The notes beneath the pieces are model-generated. The model was given only the letters and a program-made list of their open reading frames with translations, had not been told where the DNA came from and made no database searches. From an uncultured Acidimicrobiia bacterium (GTDB taxonomy: Bacteria > Actinomycetota > Acidimicrobiia > IMCC26256 > JAENVU01), in assembly GCA_963847815.1 (NCBI GenBank), contig CAWKBF010000001.1, forward strand, positions 101,184-165,183: a stretch of 64,000 bases of DNA, written 5' to 3'. The position numbers and the translations under genes are program-made. Positions 8,943-18,872 of this stretch are shown piece by piece (positions within the stretch are counted from its first letter, which is position 1; each line of letters opens with the position of its first letter).

Positions 8943-10865
8943 CTAGGAGCCCGGGCGCACCGGGACGGCGACGACGGCGCACCGGCAGCTGCCGGACGAG
9001 ACGACGATCTGGTTCAAATCTGCGAGCCGTGACGCGGCGGCCTGATCAACGCCAGGGATCCCGAGGACCGTCACGCCGATCAGTGGTTGGTCGACCAGTG
9101 AGCGCAGGTCCGGCCGGCCCGCGTCGGTGAGCTCGCGGATCAGCTGTTGTTGCAGCCGAGCGATCTCGGCCTCCTGCGGTGGCGTGAGGGGAGTGGTCGA
9201 AGCGATCACGCGCGCGCCCGCCGGCCGGAGCGCCTGCGGCACGTAGGAGCCGGCCTCGATGACGGTCCAGACCTGGTTCGCGTCGGCGCGCGCGGCGGTC
9301 CGCTGGTCACCGAAGACGCGACCGAGTCGCGGGAGCACTCGTACGTCGACGCCGTCTCGGTCGAGCGCGTCGACCATGCCGTCGAACAGGCTCGGCAGGT
9401 TCGTCCCCAGTGTCCGCAGCAGGATGACGGAGTCCTTGGGCACACGTTGGTCCTGGATCTGGTGCATGACCTGTCCGAGGACCGGCCCGCGGTGTTCGAG
9501 GCCGGAGTAGCTCGTGTCGGAGCCGACCGAGACCGCGAGCGAGACGGTCGCCGCTGTGACGACGACCAGCAGAACCCCCAGCGCGATCGCGCGCATCGGC
9601 CGGTAGGCCGACTTCGGGACGGCGGTTGCGATTGCCCAGACGCACGAGACCACGATGAACGCGGCGACGACCGCGCGCCAGCCGAACGTGTACGCCCGCG
9701 GCTCATCGGCGTTGCCGATGGCCACGGTCGCGACGACGAACAACAGTGCGGAGAGCCATACTCGGCGTTGATCGTCGCGGGAGCCGGCATGGTGCGCGGC
9801 GACGAACCCCGCGACGAGCAGCACCACGGGGACCAGCAGCCAGAGGAGGGACGCCGAGCGTGCGTGCGCGGTGAACGGCTCCAGGCGCGTGGTCGCGCCG
9901 AGCCAGTTCGGGATCCAGCGGAACTCGTCGGCCATGATTCCCGAGCCGTTGCGCAGGCCGACGCTCGAGTGGTTTCCTCTGATGAAGTAGCGCGCGATTT
10001 CGCCGAGGTTCCCCGGTCGGTTCACGACGGCGTCGTAGATCGGGAAGCTCCAGGCGACGATCCACACCGCGACCGAGATGAGCACGGTCGAGCGCCAGCG
10101 GTCCGGCGCGCGGCGAGTCCGGCGGGACTCCCACAGGGTGCAGCCGAGGACCCAGACAAAGCCCAGCGCGACGAACGACGCGTAGCTGATGTGGATCTGC
10201 ACGATGACGTTGCCCAGCACTGACATCGCGATCAGCTGCCGGAACCATCCGTCGGCCGCGACCACCGTGAGGAAGAGGAACAGGATGAAGCAGGTCAGCG
10301 GGATGTAGGGGTTCCACGGCTGGATGAAGATCCAGGATCCGAACGCGAAGAAGCTCAGCGCGGTGACCGCAGCGGCGGCGAAGAAGGTCCGCAACCCACG
10401 GGTCCAGGTCACCCAACCGAGCCAGGCGAGCGCGATGGCCTGGATCACCGCGCCGCTGATCCGGACCGCCCACGCAGCGTTCCCGAAGGGCGCGGCGACC
10501 GCACTCATGAGCCAGAACATGAGTGGGCCGGGGTGGTTCCATCCCGGCCGGCTATAGAGACCAGTGAGCGGGGTGTTCGTGGTGAAGACGTCCCGCACGT
10601 GCAGGTCCGTGATCGCGAAGTCGTCGACCGGGAGCCAGGAGCGTCCAGCGAACCGAACGATCGCGACGACAGCCGGCGCGACCAACAACAGCGTCACCGC
10701 AACGCCCAGGGCGATGCGCACCGATCGACGCCCGAAGGCCTGCTCTCCCAATGGACTGCCCCCCACGCCCGCCCTCAGCCGGACAGTGTCGCGTGCGGCC
10801 GCGCCGACGCCAAGCCGCGCCACGGACCCGCCCACGCTGATGCGCCGGATGATGGATGATGACAA
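8943..10865 (-). CDS. large polytopic membrane protein, possible GT-C-type glycosyltransferase
   Basis: 640-aa ORF with about 12 hydrophobic segments, then a roughly 200-aa soluble C-terminus. An acidic first-loop motif (PVDDFAITDLHVRD) recalls GT-C enzymes. The function is inferred only. The real start may be internal, because the maximal ORF overlaps the divergent gene by 10 nt. Confidence 0.6.
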   Translation of the reverse strand: MSSSIIRRISVGGSVARLGVGAAARDTVRLRAGVGGSPLGEQAFGRRSVRIALGVAVTLLLVAPAVVAIVRFAGRSWLPVDDFAITDLHVRDVFTTNTPLTGLYSRPGWNHPGPLMFWLMSAVAAPFGNAAWAVRISGAVIQAIALAWLGWVTWTRGLRTFFAAAAVTALSFFAFGSWIFIQPWNPYIPLTCFILFLFLTVVAADGWFRQLIAMSVLGNVIVQIHISYASFVALGFVWVLGCTLWESRRTRRAPDRWRSTVLISVAVWIVAWSFPIYDAVVNRPGNLGEIARYFIRGNHSSVGLRNGSGIMADEFRWIPNWLGATTRLEPFTAHARSASLLWLLVPVVLLVAGFVAAHHAGSRDDQRRVWLSALLFVVATVAIGNADEPRAYTFGWRAVVAAFIVVSCVWAIATAVPKSAYRPMRAIALGVLLVVVTAATVSLAVSVGSDTSYSGLEHRGPVLGQVMHQIQDQRVPKDSVILLRTLGTNLPSLFDGMVDALDRDGVDVRVLPRLGRVFGDQRTAARADANQVWTVIEAGSYVPQALRPAGARVIASTTPLTPPQEAEIARLQQQLIRELTDAGRPDLRSLVDQPLIGVTVLGIPGVDQAAASRLADLNQIVVSSGSCRCAVVAVPVRPGS

Positions 10866-11656
10866 CGATGCGACCCGCCGACACCGATCCGAACGCCCGG
10901 CTGGGGTTGGCGATCGGTGCCCTCGGCCCGATCATCGCCGCCCTGGTGCTGGTGCCGTTCCGCGACGAGCTCCACCGGGCGAACCTCGCGCTGGTGCTCG
11001 TGCTCGTGGTCGTCGTCGCGGCGATCGTCGGCGGTTGGCGCGCGGGCGCCCTCGCCGCAATCGTCGCCACGTTGTCCTTCGACTTCTTCCTGACCCGGCC
11101 GTACCTGTCGTTGAAGATCGAGACGTCGAACGACTTCGAGACCGCGGTGATCCTGTTGGGTGTCGGCCTGCTGGTTGGCGTGGTCGCAGCCCGCGGCCGA
11201 ACCTCAGCGCGGGGCCGGGCGCGTGCCGGTGAAGGGATCTCGCGCGTGCATCGCGTTGCGGATCTCGTCGCGCAGGGCGGTGCCGTCGACGACGTCGTCG
11301 CCGCCGTCGCCAAGGAGCTGCGGGAGCTGCTCGGGCTGCAGGACTGCTGGTTGGAGTTCCCACCGTTCGGGTACGTCATGCCGACGTTGGGACGCGGCGG
11401 CAACCTCGAAGGTTCGGAGCACCGGTGGTTCGGTGGGGGACTCGCGCTCTCGGAGGACGGCATCGAGATCATGGTGCTGCAGCAGGGTGATCCGATCGCC
11501 CGCTTCGTGCTCATCGGTGACCCGGACCACGCGGTGACGATCGAGGAGCGGGTCGTGGCGGTCGCGCTCACCGATCAGCTGGGGGTCGCGCTCGCCCTCG
11601 CCGGGCCTGCGGAGCAGGCGAGGCTGGCGAAAGAGTCGCGTCATGATCAGGGGTAG
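10856..11656 (+). CDS. DUF4118 domain membrane protein (KdpD-type transmembrane module, stand-alone)
   Basis: N-terminal four-helix hydrophobic block (LGLAIGALGPIIAALVLVPF...LVLVLVVVVAAIVGGW...) followed by a roughly 130-aa soluble domain. No kinase core. Confidence 0.65.
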   Translation: MMTTMRPADTDPNARLGLAIGALGPIIAALVLVPFRDELHRANLALVLVLVVVVAAIVGGWRAGALAAIVATLSFDFFLTRPYLSLKIETSNDFETAVILLGVGLLVGVVAARGRTSARGRARAGEGISRVHRVADLVAQGGAVDDVVAAVAKELRELLGLQDCWLEFPPFGYVMPTLGRGGNLEGSEHRWFGGGLALSEDGIEIMVLQQGDPIARFVLIGDPDHAVTIEERVVAVALTDQLGVALALAGPAEQARLAKESRHDQG

Positions 11657-11719
11657 GCCCCGTCGATCGCGACGCCGTGCAATGCTGAGCGCCGTCGGGG
11701 GACGGGGGACGGGGGACCA

Positions 11720-13591
11720 TTGCTGGGAGGCCTGAAGCGGCTGCTGGTGGGACGGCCGCTGTCGAACACCCAGATGGAGGAGCAGCGCCTCCCCAAGACG
11801 ATCGCGCTGGCAGTGTTCTCCTCGGACGCCCTCTCGTCGACCGCGTACGCGACCGAGGAGATCCTCTTCGTCGTTGCGGTCGGTGGGTCGAGCCTGGCGC
11901 TCGGGCTCAGCAAGCTCGTCCCGATCGCCGTCGTCGTCGCGACGCTGCTCGCCATCGTGATCATCTCGTACCGGCAGGTGATCTTCGCGTACCCCAGTGG
12001 TGGCGGCGCGTACGTGGTGAGCAAGGAGAACATCGGCGAGATGGCGTCGCTGGTGGCCGCCGCGTCGCTCATGGTCGACTACATCCTCACCGTCGCCGTC
12101 TCGATCTCCGCCGGCGTCGCCGCGATCATCTCGATCCCGTCGCTCAGCGGTCTGGCCCCGTACCGGGTCGAGCTCGGCGTCGTGCTCATCCTGCTCATCA
12201 CCCTGATGAACATGCGCGGGATCAAGGAGTCCGGCACGGTCTTCGCGGTCCCCACGTACCTGTACCTGTTGGTCTTCTCCGCGCTGATCATCTACGGGCT
12301 GGCGCGCAGCTTCACCGGCGACATCGGTCACGTCCCGTTCCCGAAGGACCCCGACGATCTGGCGCAGGTCGGCGGCGCGCTTCCGGTCTTCCTCCTGCTC
12401 AAGGGCTTCTCGTCGGGTGCGGTGGCGCTCACCGGTGTGGAGGCGATCTCGAACGGCGTCCCCGCGTTCCGGCGGCCGGAGGCCAAGAACGCCGCGGCCA
12501 CGCTCGTCTGGATGGGCGTGATCCTCGGCGCGCTGTTCTTCGGGATCTCGGTGCTCGCGCACCGGCTCGCTCCGTACCCGAGCGAGCACACGACCGTCAT
12601 CGCGCAGCTCGGCCTGCAGGTGTTCGGCAACGGTCCCGTCTTCCTGTTCCTGCAGTTCGCGACCGCCACGATCCTCGTCCTCGCGGCGAACACCGCGTAC
12701 AACGGATTCCCGAGCCTCTCTTCAATCATCGCGGCCGACGGGTTCCTGCCCCGTCAGCTGATGAACCGCGGGGACCGGCTCGTGTTCTCGAACGGCATCC
12801 TCATGCTCGCGGGAGCGGCTGCTCTCCTGCTCGTCGCGTTCGGTGGCATCACGACGAAGCTGATCCCGCTCTACGCCGTCGGTGTGTTCACGTCCTTCAC
12901 GCTGTCGCAGTTCGGCATGGTGAAGCACCACATGCGACTGCACGAGCCGCACTGGCGGCGGAGCATCGGGATCAACGCGGTCGGCGCGGTGGCAACGTTC
13001 GTGGTGCTGCTGATCGTCGCGATCACGAAGTTCGCATCCGGAGCCTGGGTGCCGCTCGCCGTCATCCCGGCGATCGTCGTCGTCTTCAAGACGATCAAGC
13101 GCCACTACCGCGGTGTCGCCGACAACCTTCACGTCCCGCCGGACTTCAAGCCGCCGAAGCAGAAGCTCGCCGCGGTCGTGCTCGTGGACTCGGTGAACCC
13201 CGGCACGCTCGAGGCCCTGGCGTACGGATCGTCGGTGGCCCCCGACCATCTGGTCGCGATGACGGTGGTGAACGACGAGCAGGACGCGGAGAAGATCGAG
13301 AAGGAGTGGGCCCAGCGCGGCATCACGGTGCCACTCGAGATCGTGCACACCAGCACCGGTGAGTTCACCAACTCGACGCTCCTGTACCTCGACGAGATCC
13401 ACCAGCGGTGGCCGAAGGTGTACGTGAACGTGATCATCCCGGAGTTCTTCGTTGAGCACTGGTGGGAGCACCTGCTGCACAACCAGTCGGCGCTCGTCCT
13501 GAAGGGGCGACTGCTGTTCCGGAAGAGCACCGCGGTCACGTCCATCCCGTACCGGGTCGAGCGCGGCCCGGCGGTCGACGCACCCACCTGA
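11720..13591 (+). CDS. APC superfamily permease with C-terminal cytoplasmic extension
   Basis: TTG start. N-terminus LKRLLVGRPLSNTQMEEQRLPKTIALAVFSSDALSSTAYATEEIL and 12 predicted TM segments plus a roughly 170-aa tail. Resembles the conserved actinobacterial 620-660-aa APC permease family. Confidence 0.85.
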   Translation: MLGGLKRLLVGRPLSNTQMEEQRLPKTIALAVFSSDALSSTAYATEEILFVVAVGGSSLALGLSKLVPIAVVVATLLAIVIISYRQVIFAYPSGGGAYVVSKENIGEMASLVAAASLMVDYILTVAVSISAGVAAIISIPSLSGLAPYRVELGVVLILLITLMNMRGIKESGTVFAVPTYLYLLVFSALIIYGLARSFTGDIGHVPFPKDPDDLAQVGGALPVFLLLKGFSSGAVALTGVEAISNGVPAFRRPEAKNAAATLVWMGVILGALFFGISVLAHRLAPYPSEHTTVIAQLGLQVFGNGPVFLFLQFATATILVLAANTAYNGFPSLSSIIAADGFLPRQLMNRGDRLVFSNGILMLAGAAALLLVAFGGITTKLIPLYAVGVFTSFTLSQFGMVKHHMRLHEPHWRRSIGINAVGAVATFVVLLIVAITKFASGAWVPLAVIPAIVVVFKTIKRHYRGVADNLHVPPDFKPPKQKLAAVVLVDSVNPGTLEALAYGSSVAPDHLVAMTVVNDEQDAEKIEKEWAQRGITVPLEIVHTSTGEFTNSTLLYLDEIHQRWPKVYVNVIIPEFFVEHWWEHLLHNQSALVLKGRLLFRKSTAVTSIPYRVERGPAVDAPT

Positions 13592-13592
13592 G

Positions 13593-13622
13593 CCGAACCA
13601 CCTGAGCCCGCGTGGGGTTCGG
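13593..13622 (+). terminator. GC hairpin just after the APC permease stop
   Basis: CCGAACC (13593-13599) pairs with GGTTCGG (13616-13622). There is no U-tract. It is flanked by a direct repeat of CCACCTGAGCC. Confidence 0.25.
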
Positions 13623-13709
13623 AGCCGGTTCATGCAGCGATGGTTCCCGCGTAACCCCGGTGTAACTCAGTCGTAGCATGGTCGCCGCATCACGATGCGG
13701 AGGCCGCGC

Positions 13710-15173
13710 ATGCGTTCTGACCCGATCGACATCAATTCGAGCCTGATCTCGCCGCTCCGCCCGCACGTCATGGTGCTGTTCGGCGCGACGGGAGATCTGG
13801 CTCGCCGCAAGCTCCTGCCCGGGCTCTTCCACCTCGCCCAGTCGGGCCTGCTGCCGGAGTACCGCATCCTCGGTACGTCGCTGGACGATCTCGACGAAGA
13901 GGGCTTCCGTGCCTTCGCCCGTGCCGCGCTCGATGAGTTCGGTCGGCACGGTGTCCCGGATGAGGACTGGGACGCGTTCGCATCACGCCTCTTCTTCGTG
14001 GAGCAGTCTGCCGACGCCGATGTCCTGGCGAAGACGGTGGGGGAGCTCGAAGACGAGCTCGGGGGCGGCGCGTCGCGGCTGCACTACCTGAGCATCCCGC
14101 CGGCGGCCGCGCCGGAGGTGGTGCGGCAGCTCGGGGAGGCGGGGCTCGCCGAGCGGGCCCGCATCATCATGGAGAAGCCGTTCGGTACGAATCTCGCGAG
14201 TGCGGTGCAGCTGAACGACATGCTCCACCAGACCTTCCGGGAAGACCAGATCTTTCGTATCGACCACTTCCTCGGGAAGGAAGCGGCGCTCAACATCCTG
14301 GCGTTCCGGTTCGCGAACGGGTTGTTCGAGCCGATCTGGAACCGTCAACACATCGCGCACGTGCAGATCGACGTGCCCGAAACGCTGTCGATCGGTCAGC
14401 GCATCGGGTTCTACGAGAGGACCGGCGCCTACCGTGACATGGTCGTGAACCATCTGTTCCAGGTGCTCGCCTTCATGGCGATGGAGCCGCCGACGGTGCT
14501 CGGGCCGAAGGCGATCGGCGAGGAGAAGAACAAGGTGTTCCGCTCGCTCAGCCCGATCGAGCCGTCCCAGGTCGTGCGTGGTCAGTACGACGGCTACCTC
14601 GACGAGCCCGGCGTCCGCCCACACTCCGAGACCGAGACCTTCATCGCGCTCCGCTGCGAGATCGACAATTGGCGGTGGGCGGGCGTGCCGTTCTACCTGC
14701 GGACCGGCAAGCGCATGGCCCAGGGCGCGCGCGTCATCTCCATCGCGTTCCGGGAGCCGCCCAAGAGCATGTTCCCGCAGGGCTCCGGTGTTGGCGCGCA
14801 CGGTCCGGACCACCTGACCTTCGACCTGGCCGACGCGTCGCGCCTCTCGCTGTCGTTCTACGGGAAGCGTCCGGGGCCGGGCATGACCCTGGACAAGCAG
14901 AGCCTGCAGTTCGCGCTGCACGAGACCGGTCGGACGTCAGACCTGCTCGAGGCGTACGAGCGCCTCATCTACGACGCGATGAGCGGCGACCACACGCTCT
15001 TCTCGAGCGCGGAGGGCATCGAGAGCCTGTGGGAGCGGTCACAGCCGTTGCTCGACCACCCGCCGCCGGTCCGGCCGTACCCGCCGGGCTCGTGGGGCCC
15101 GAACGCGATCCACCAGCTCATCGCACCCGACGCATGGCGCCTCCCGTTCGAACGGGCCTGGCGCCAGACCTGA
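13710..15173 (+). CDS. zwf: glucose-6-phosphate dehydrogenase
   Basis: GATGDLARRKL NADP-binding motif and RIDHFLGKE active-site motif. ATG 13710 has a GGAGG 6 nt upstream; the listed ORF starts at 13695. Confidence 0.9.
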   Translation: MRSDPIDINSSLISPLRPHVMVLFGATGDLARRKLLPGLFHLAQSGLLPEYRILGTSLDDLDEEGFRAFARAALDEFGRHGVPDEDWDAFASRLFFVEQSADADVLAKTVGELEDELGGGASRLHYLSIPPAAAPEVVRQLGEAGLAERARIIMEKPFGTNLASAVQLNDMLHQTFREDQIFRIDHFLGKEAALNILAFRFANGLFEPIWNRQHIAHVQIDVPETLSIGQRIGFYERTGAYRDMVVNHLFQVLAFMAMEPPTVLGPKAIGEEKNKVFRSLSPIEPSQVVRGQYDGYLDEPGVRPHSETETFIALRCEIDNWRWAGVPFYLRTGKRMAQGARVISIAFREPPKSMFPQGSGVGAHGPDHLTFDLADASRLSLSFYGKRPGPGMTLDKQSLQFALHETGRTSDLLEAYERLIYDAMSGDHTLFSSAEGIESLWERSQPLLDHPPPVRPYPPGSWGPNAIHQLIAPDAWRLPFERAWRQT

Positions 15174-15231
15174 CACGCGCGCCGCAGCGCCCTCTGCCAG
15201 ACTCCCTCCAGATTTCGACCGGGGGGCGCAC

Positions 15232-15483
15232 GTGATCATTCTCTTCATCATCGTCTGGGGCATGGCCGCAGGGTGGATTGCCCAGAAGATCATGGGCGAG
15301 GACACCAACTGGGGGCAGGCCCTGGCGATCGGCATCGGCGGGTCGTTGGTCGGTGGCCTGCTCGGGAGCCTGCTCTTCGGCGACGGACTCGAGCTTCGGT
15401 TCTCCGGCATCGTCGGATCGATCCTCGGCGCGGTGATCCTGCTCGCGATCATGCGGCTCGTTCGTCCGAGCGCGAAGCGCTGA
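15232..15483 (+). CDS. GlsB/YeaQ/YmgE family stress-response membrane protein
   Basis: 83 aa, Gly-rich with three hydrophobic helices (GMAAGWIAQKIMG...IGGSLVGGLLGSLLFG). Confidence 0.8.
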   Translation: MIILFIIVWGMAAGWIAQKIMGEDTNWGQALAIGIGGSLVGGLLGSLLFGDGLELRFSGIVGSILGAVILLAIMRLVRPSAKR

Positions 15484-15492
15484 CCGTCCGGG

Positions 15493-16725
15493 TCACACCT
15501 CGTCCGGCACCCCGTACTGCGCCTGGTACCGCGCGAAGCGGGCGCGCTCGGCCTCAGGATCGAGACCGGTGTCGGCGAGTGAGTAACGGTGCGCGCCGCG
15601 AGCGTCCTTCGGACGGGCCGCGAGGTACGAGACGATCGCGTCGCTGAACGAGACGGGCGGAGTGATCGAGAGCCGCTCGTAGATGCCGTCGATCGTCGCG
15701 GCGGGCTCGGTGAGCAGGTCGGCGTAGCGCACGTCGATGAACTGCTCGTCGGGCAGGTCCCCGCAGGCCCGCGCGTCGATCGTCGCGTCGAGCATCATCC
15801 CGTATCCGATCGAGACCCATGGGGCGAGCGCGTCCACGTTCACGTGATCAGAGCGCATCGACTTGATCGTCCCCATCAGGCTGATGGTCGACGGCACCGT
15901 CTTGAGCGGGTCGCGGTGGAGCTGGATAACGCGCGCATCGGGATAGATAGCGAAGAGCGTTCGCAGCTGGCTGAGGTGACTCGGCGCCTTCAGCACCCAA
16001 CGCGCGGGGGGCTGGTGGTGCTGCAAGGTCTGCAGGACCTTGCGGTGGTAGCGGTACGCGTCGGTCTGGTCGGCGCGCACGAGGTAGGTGGCGTAGCTCG
16101 GCACCTCGTACGTCCCCGCCCATTGGTCGGAGAGGAACTCGAGCATCGTCAAGAAGATGCACTCGTTCGGCTCGTCGCCGTCGTTGTGGTGCATCGACGC
16201 GTAGCTGGGCGCAAGGTCGCCCCAGAACGCGTGCACCTGATGGCCGAGCCGACGGGCACCTGCTGCATCAGCACCAACGGAGTCGGCCGGGAACAAGAGC
16301 TCCCACGTTGCGGGCGTCCGGCTCGCCGGATCCAACGCAAGGAGCTCGTGGAGGATCGACGTGCCGGACCGACCGGTCCCCACGACGAACACCGGCTGGT
16401 CGATCCGCTCGTCGAGGATCGTCGGATCCTGCGCCCAGGCGCGCCCCAGGAGCAGTCGCTGGCGCAACGTTCGCAGCAGGTCGGTGCGGGCGACGATGCG
16501 CCCTGCCACCGTGAGGTCCGCTTCGGTGCGGAGCGCCGCGACCAGCACGTCGAAGTGCGGCCGCCAGGTCTCGCCCCCGAAGTCGTCGAGCCCGGTCGAG
16601 GTGCGCGCAGTCGCGATGATCTCGTCGGGCTCGAGGGACACCAGGTGCTCGGCGCCGCCCACCGCCGCACCATGGGCGTTCAGCCGAGCGAGCCATTCGG
16701 GGGGTGTGGGAGGGGTCCAGGGCAC
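15493..16725 (-). CDS. sulfotransferase family protein
   Basis: PAPS-binding loop VFVVGTGRSGTSILHELL. 410 aa. Confidence 0.8.
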   Translation of the reverse strand: MPWTPPTPPEWLARLNAHGAAVGGAEHLVSLEPDEIIATARTSTGLDDFGGETWRPHFDVLVAALRTEADLTVAGRIVARTDLLRTLRQRLLLGRAWAQDPTILDERIDQPVFVVGTGRSGTSILHELLALDPASRTPATWELLFPADSVGADAAGARRLGHQVHAFWGDLAPSYASMHHNDGDEPNECIFLTMLEFLSDQWAGTYEVPSYATYLVRADQTDAYRYHRKVLQTLQHHQPPARWVLKAPSHLSQLRTLFAIYPDARVIQLHRDPLKTVPSTISLMGTIKSMRSDHVNVDALAPWVSIGYGMMLDATIDARACGDLPDEQFIDVRYADLLTEPAATIDGIYERLSITPPVSFSDAIVSYLAARPKDARGAHRYSLADTGLDPEAERARFARYQAQYGVPDEV

Positions 16726-16735
16726 GCGGCCTCAC

Positions 16736-17902
16736 TCAGCTCCAGCGCCGCTGCGCGGCGCGGTTCCGTCGCGCGAGCTGCTCCCGACGGGCGTGGGCGG
16801 CGACGGTCGGATGGTCGTCGGGGACCGCGCCGCGCAGGTCGGTCAACGGCATGACCCGGGCCGTCGGTACCGGCTTCGTGTCCGCGCCGACGTACCGGTA
16901 CACGGCCATGCCGATCGGTTGGCCTTCGGTGTCGAGCCAGTTGGGGACGCCGGGATCCGTGTGCGCGATGACGACCCGCACCTTGCCGTCGCCGTCGACG
17001 TGTGCCTCACTGCCGTTGCAGCTCATGAGCCGCTGGTCCCATGCGCCCGAGTCGAACCAGTGCAGCTGGTGGATCGACCAGTTCCAGTAGTGAGCGGCGG
17101 GCTCGTCGTGTTCGATGACCAATGCTTCGTCGGGCCCGAGGTCCCAGCAGCCGGCGCCGTAGGCGATGCTCGGCGCACCCCCTGCCGGAGTGCGCGGGGG
17201 CATCAACGTGTTGTGCTCCAGGAGGTCGCGTGAGGCGGCCACGTACGCCGCCCAGTAGTCGATCGACCGCTCGACCCAGCGCGTCGCCCGGTCGAGGGCC
17301 GCCGCGACTTCGTCGGCGGTCGGTGGCGGGGACGGTGTGCCGACCGTGTCGGTGCGCTCGATGGTGAACGAGGCGATGGAGTCCTCGGCCCAGTCGTACA
17401 GGTACTGGCGGATGAGGAGGAGGCGCGCGTCGGGTGCGGACGGCAGGTGGGTTCCCGCGCCGGCACCGGGCCCGATGGTCAGCACGAGCTCGCCGTCGTC
17501 ACCAACCACGAGGTCGCTCAACGCGACCTCCGAGAGCACGGCGTTCTCGTCGAGGTGCATGTCGCCGTCGACCAGCGAGAACAGGGCTTCGTGCACTCCG
17601 TCGACGCGACCGCGCAGGACATAGGTCGCGTCGGGGTCGATGGCGCAGCGCTCGTACACGTTGTCCGGGTTCGGTGCGCCCCATTGCGACCAGGGCAGCT
17701 CGTACCGGTGGAGTCGCGGATGGACCGGATCGGCGTGCTCGAGCTCACCCTGCAGGGCGAGCCCGGCCTGTCGGGCCAGGTGTCGGATTCCCTCGGCCCG
17801 CCCCCGGTCGTCAGTGGGGAAGTCGGGCTGCGCCAACCTGAGCGCGCCCGCGGCCAGGCCCGCCGTCCACCGCGCCCATGCCTCCCCTGCGGGATCGGTC
17901 AT
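16736..17902 (-). CDS. DUF1214 domain protein
   Basis: 388-aa ORF directly upstream of the sulfotransferase on the same strand, with a 10-nt gap. The C-terminal region (HYWNWSIHQLHWFDSG...) resembles DUF1214. Confidence 0.6.
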   Translation of the reverse strand: MTDPAGEAWARWTAGLAAGALRLAQPDFPTDDRGRAEGIRHLARQAGLALQGELEHADPVHPRLHRYELPWSQWGAPNPDNVYERCAIDPDATYVLRGRVDGVHEALFSLVDGDMHLDENAVLSEVALSDLVVGDDGELVLTIGPGAGAGTHLPSAPDARLLLIRQYLYDWAEDSIASFTIERTDTVGTPSPPPTADEVAAALDRATRWVERSIDYWAAYVAASRDLLEHNTLMPPRTPAGGAPSIAYGAGCWDLGPDEALVIEHDEPAAHYWNWSIHQLHWFDSGAWDQRLMSCNGSEAHVDGDGKVRVVIAHTDPGVPNWLDTEGQPIGMAVYRYVGADTKPVPTARVMPLTDLRGAVPDDHPTVAAHARREQLARRNRAAQRRWS

Positions 17903-17946
17903 GAACGCTCTCTATCACTCCGGCGCGGCGCGCGGGAGGGGTTCGA

Positions 17947-18696
17947 TCAGGCGGCTGGTGTCGCCGTGCTCGGGCGGCTCGGCGCGTCGGAGAAGCGCAC
18001 CTCGACCTGCGTGACGCCGGCCGCGGTGGCCAGGCGCTCGACCATCGTCGCCGTGTTCTTCTCGGCCCGGGCAACGAGGTTGGTCTTCTTCGCCGCCTTG
18101 TCGATCTTCGTGACCGCCGCGTTCTGCAGCGCGCGCTCGCTGGTGGGGCTGTCGACGAACATGCTGCCGATCCGGTCGAAGAGACCGCGGTCGCGGTTCA
18201 TCACGTGGCTGAGCTTCGGGTCCAGCTTGGCGCCGGTGAGCGTGGCGTGGGGGAGCGTCACGAGCAGCGAGCCGTCAGCGCGCCGGGTGACGTGCGCCGA
18301 GTCCAGCGTCCCAAGGTCCACGGAGGCGCCCACTGTGCCGTAGCCGCTGTAGATCACGCGAGATCCGGCGAGGAACTGCGGCAGGATGCTGACGTCGTGC
18401 TCCTCGTCGACCACGACCGAGAACTCACCCGACGCGGCCTGGTACGAGGACAGGTTGTTGAGCCGGTGGAGGATCACCGGGGCCGAGCGGTCCACGGTGC
18501 GGCTGCTGAAGAGGTTGTTCAGCCCGAGCCAGCCGTTGGCGAAGCCCACGCCGATGAAGATGAGGACGCCGACGATGGCGAGCGCCAGCAGGCTCAGCAG
18601 CGATGGGCGGCGACTGCGCTTGTGATCGACCCGCACGACCACCTCGGCGGGTGCGCTGCGTGTCGAGACGGGACGTTCCTCAGTCAGTGTGGCCAC
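17947..18696 (-). CDS. DUF4230 domain membrane-anchored protein
   Basis: Start set at GTG 18696, preceded by GGAGAA. One TM segment (LLSLLALAIVGVLIFIGVGF) followed by a DUF4230-like body. Confidence 0.7.
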   Translation of the reverse strand: MATLTEERPVSTRSAPAEVVVRVDHKRSRRPSLLSLLALAIVGVLIFIGVGFANGWLGLNNLFSSRTVDRSAPVILHRLNNLSSYQAASGEFSVVVDEEHDVSILPQFLAGSRVIYSGYGTVGASVDLGTLDSAHVTRRADGSLLVTLPHATLTGAKLDPKLSHVMNRDRGLFDRIGSMFVDSPTSERALQNAAVTKIDKAAKKTNLVARAEKNTATMVERLATAAGVTQVEVRFSDAPSRPSTATPAA

Positions 18697-18872
18697 GGGT
18701 TCTCCTGCGTCGGGAGCGCGACACGTCGCGCAGTCCCATCTCCAACGACCAACCGTCGTTCTGAGTTCCCGCTGTGTCACGCCTGTGACGCAAGTCATCC
18801 GGCGCCCACCGCGGCGCCGCAGAGTGGTCAGGTGCGACACTGGCTCGGCGCCCGCCCCCCTGAGGAGATTCG

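Noticed and set aside
9005-9030. tRNA-like T-loop sequence GGTTCAAATC
   Set aside because: The flanks cannot form a T-stem, acceptor stem or anticodon stem, and the site lies inside the 640-aa membrane-protein CDS.
11204-12589. 461-aa minus-strand ORF
   Set aside because: It is antisense to the APC permease and DUF4118 genes and is Arg/Asp/Glu-rich with no hydrophobic core. The sense strand encodes a clear 12-TM permease.
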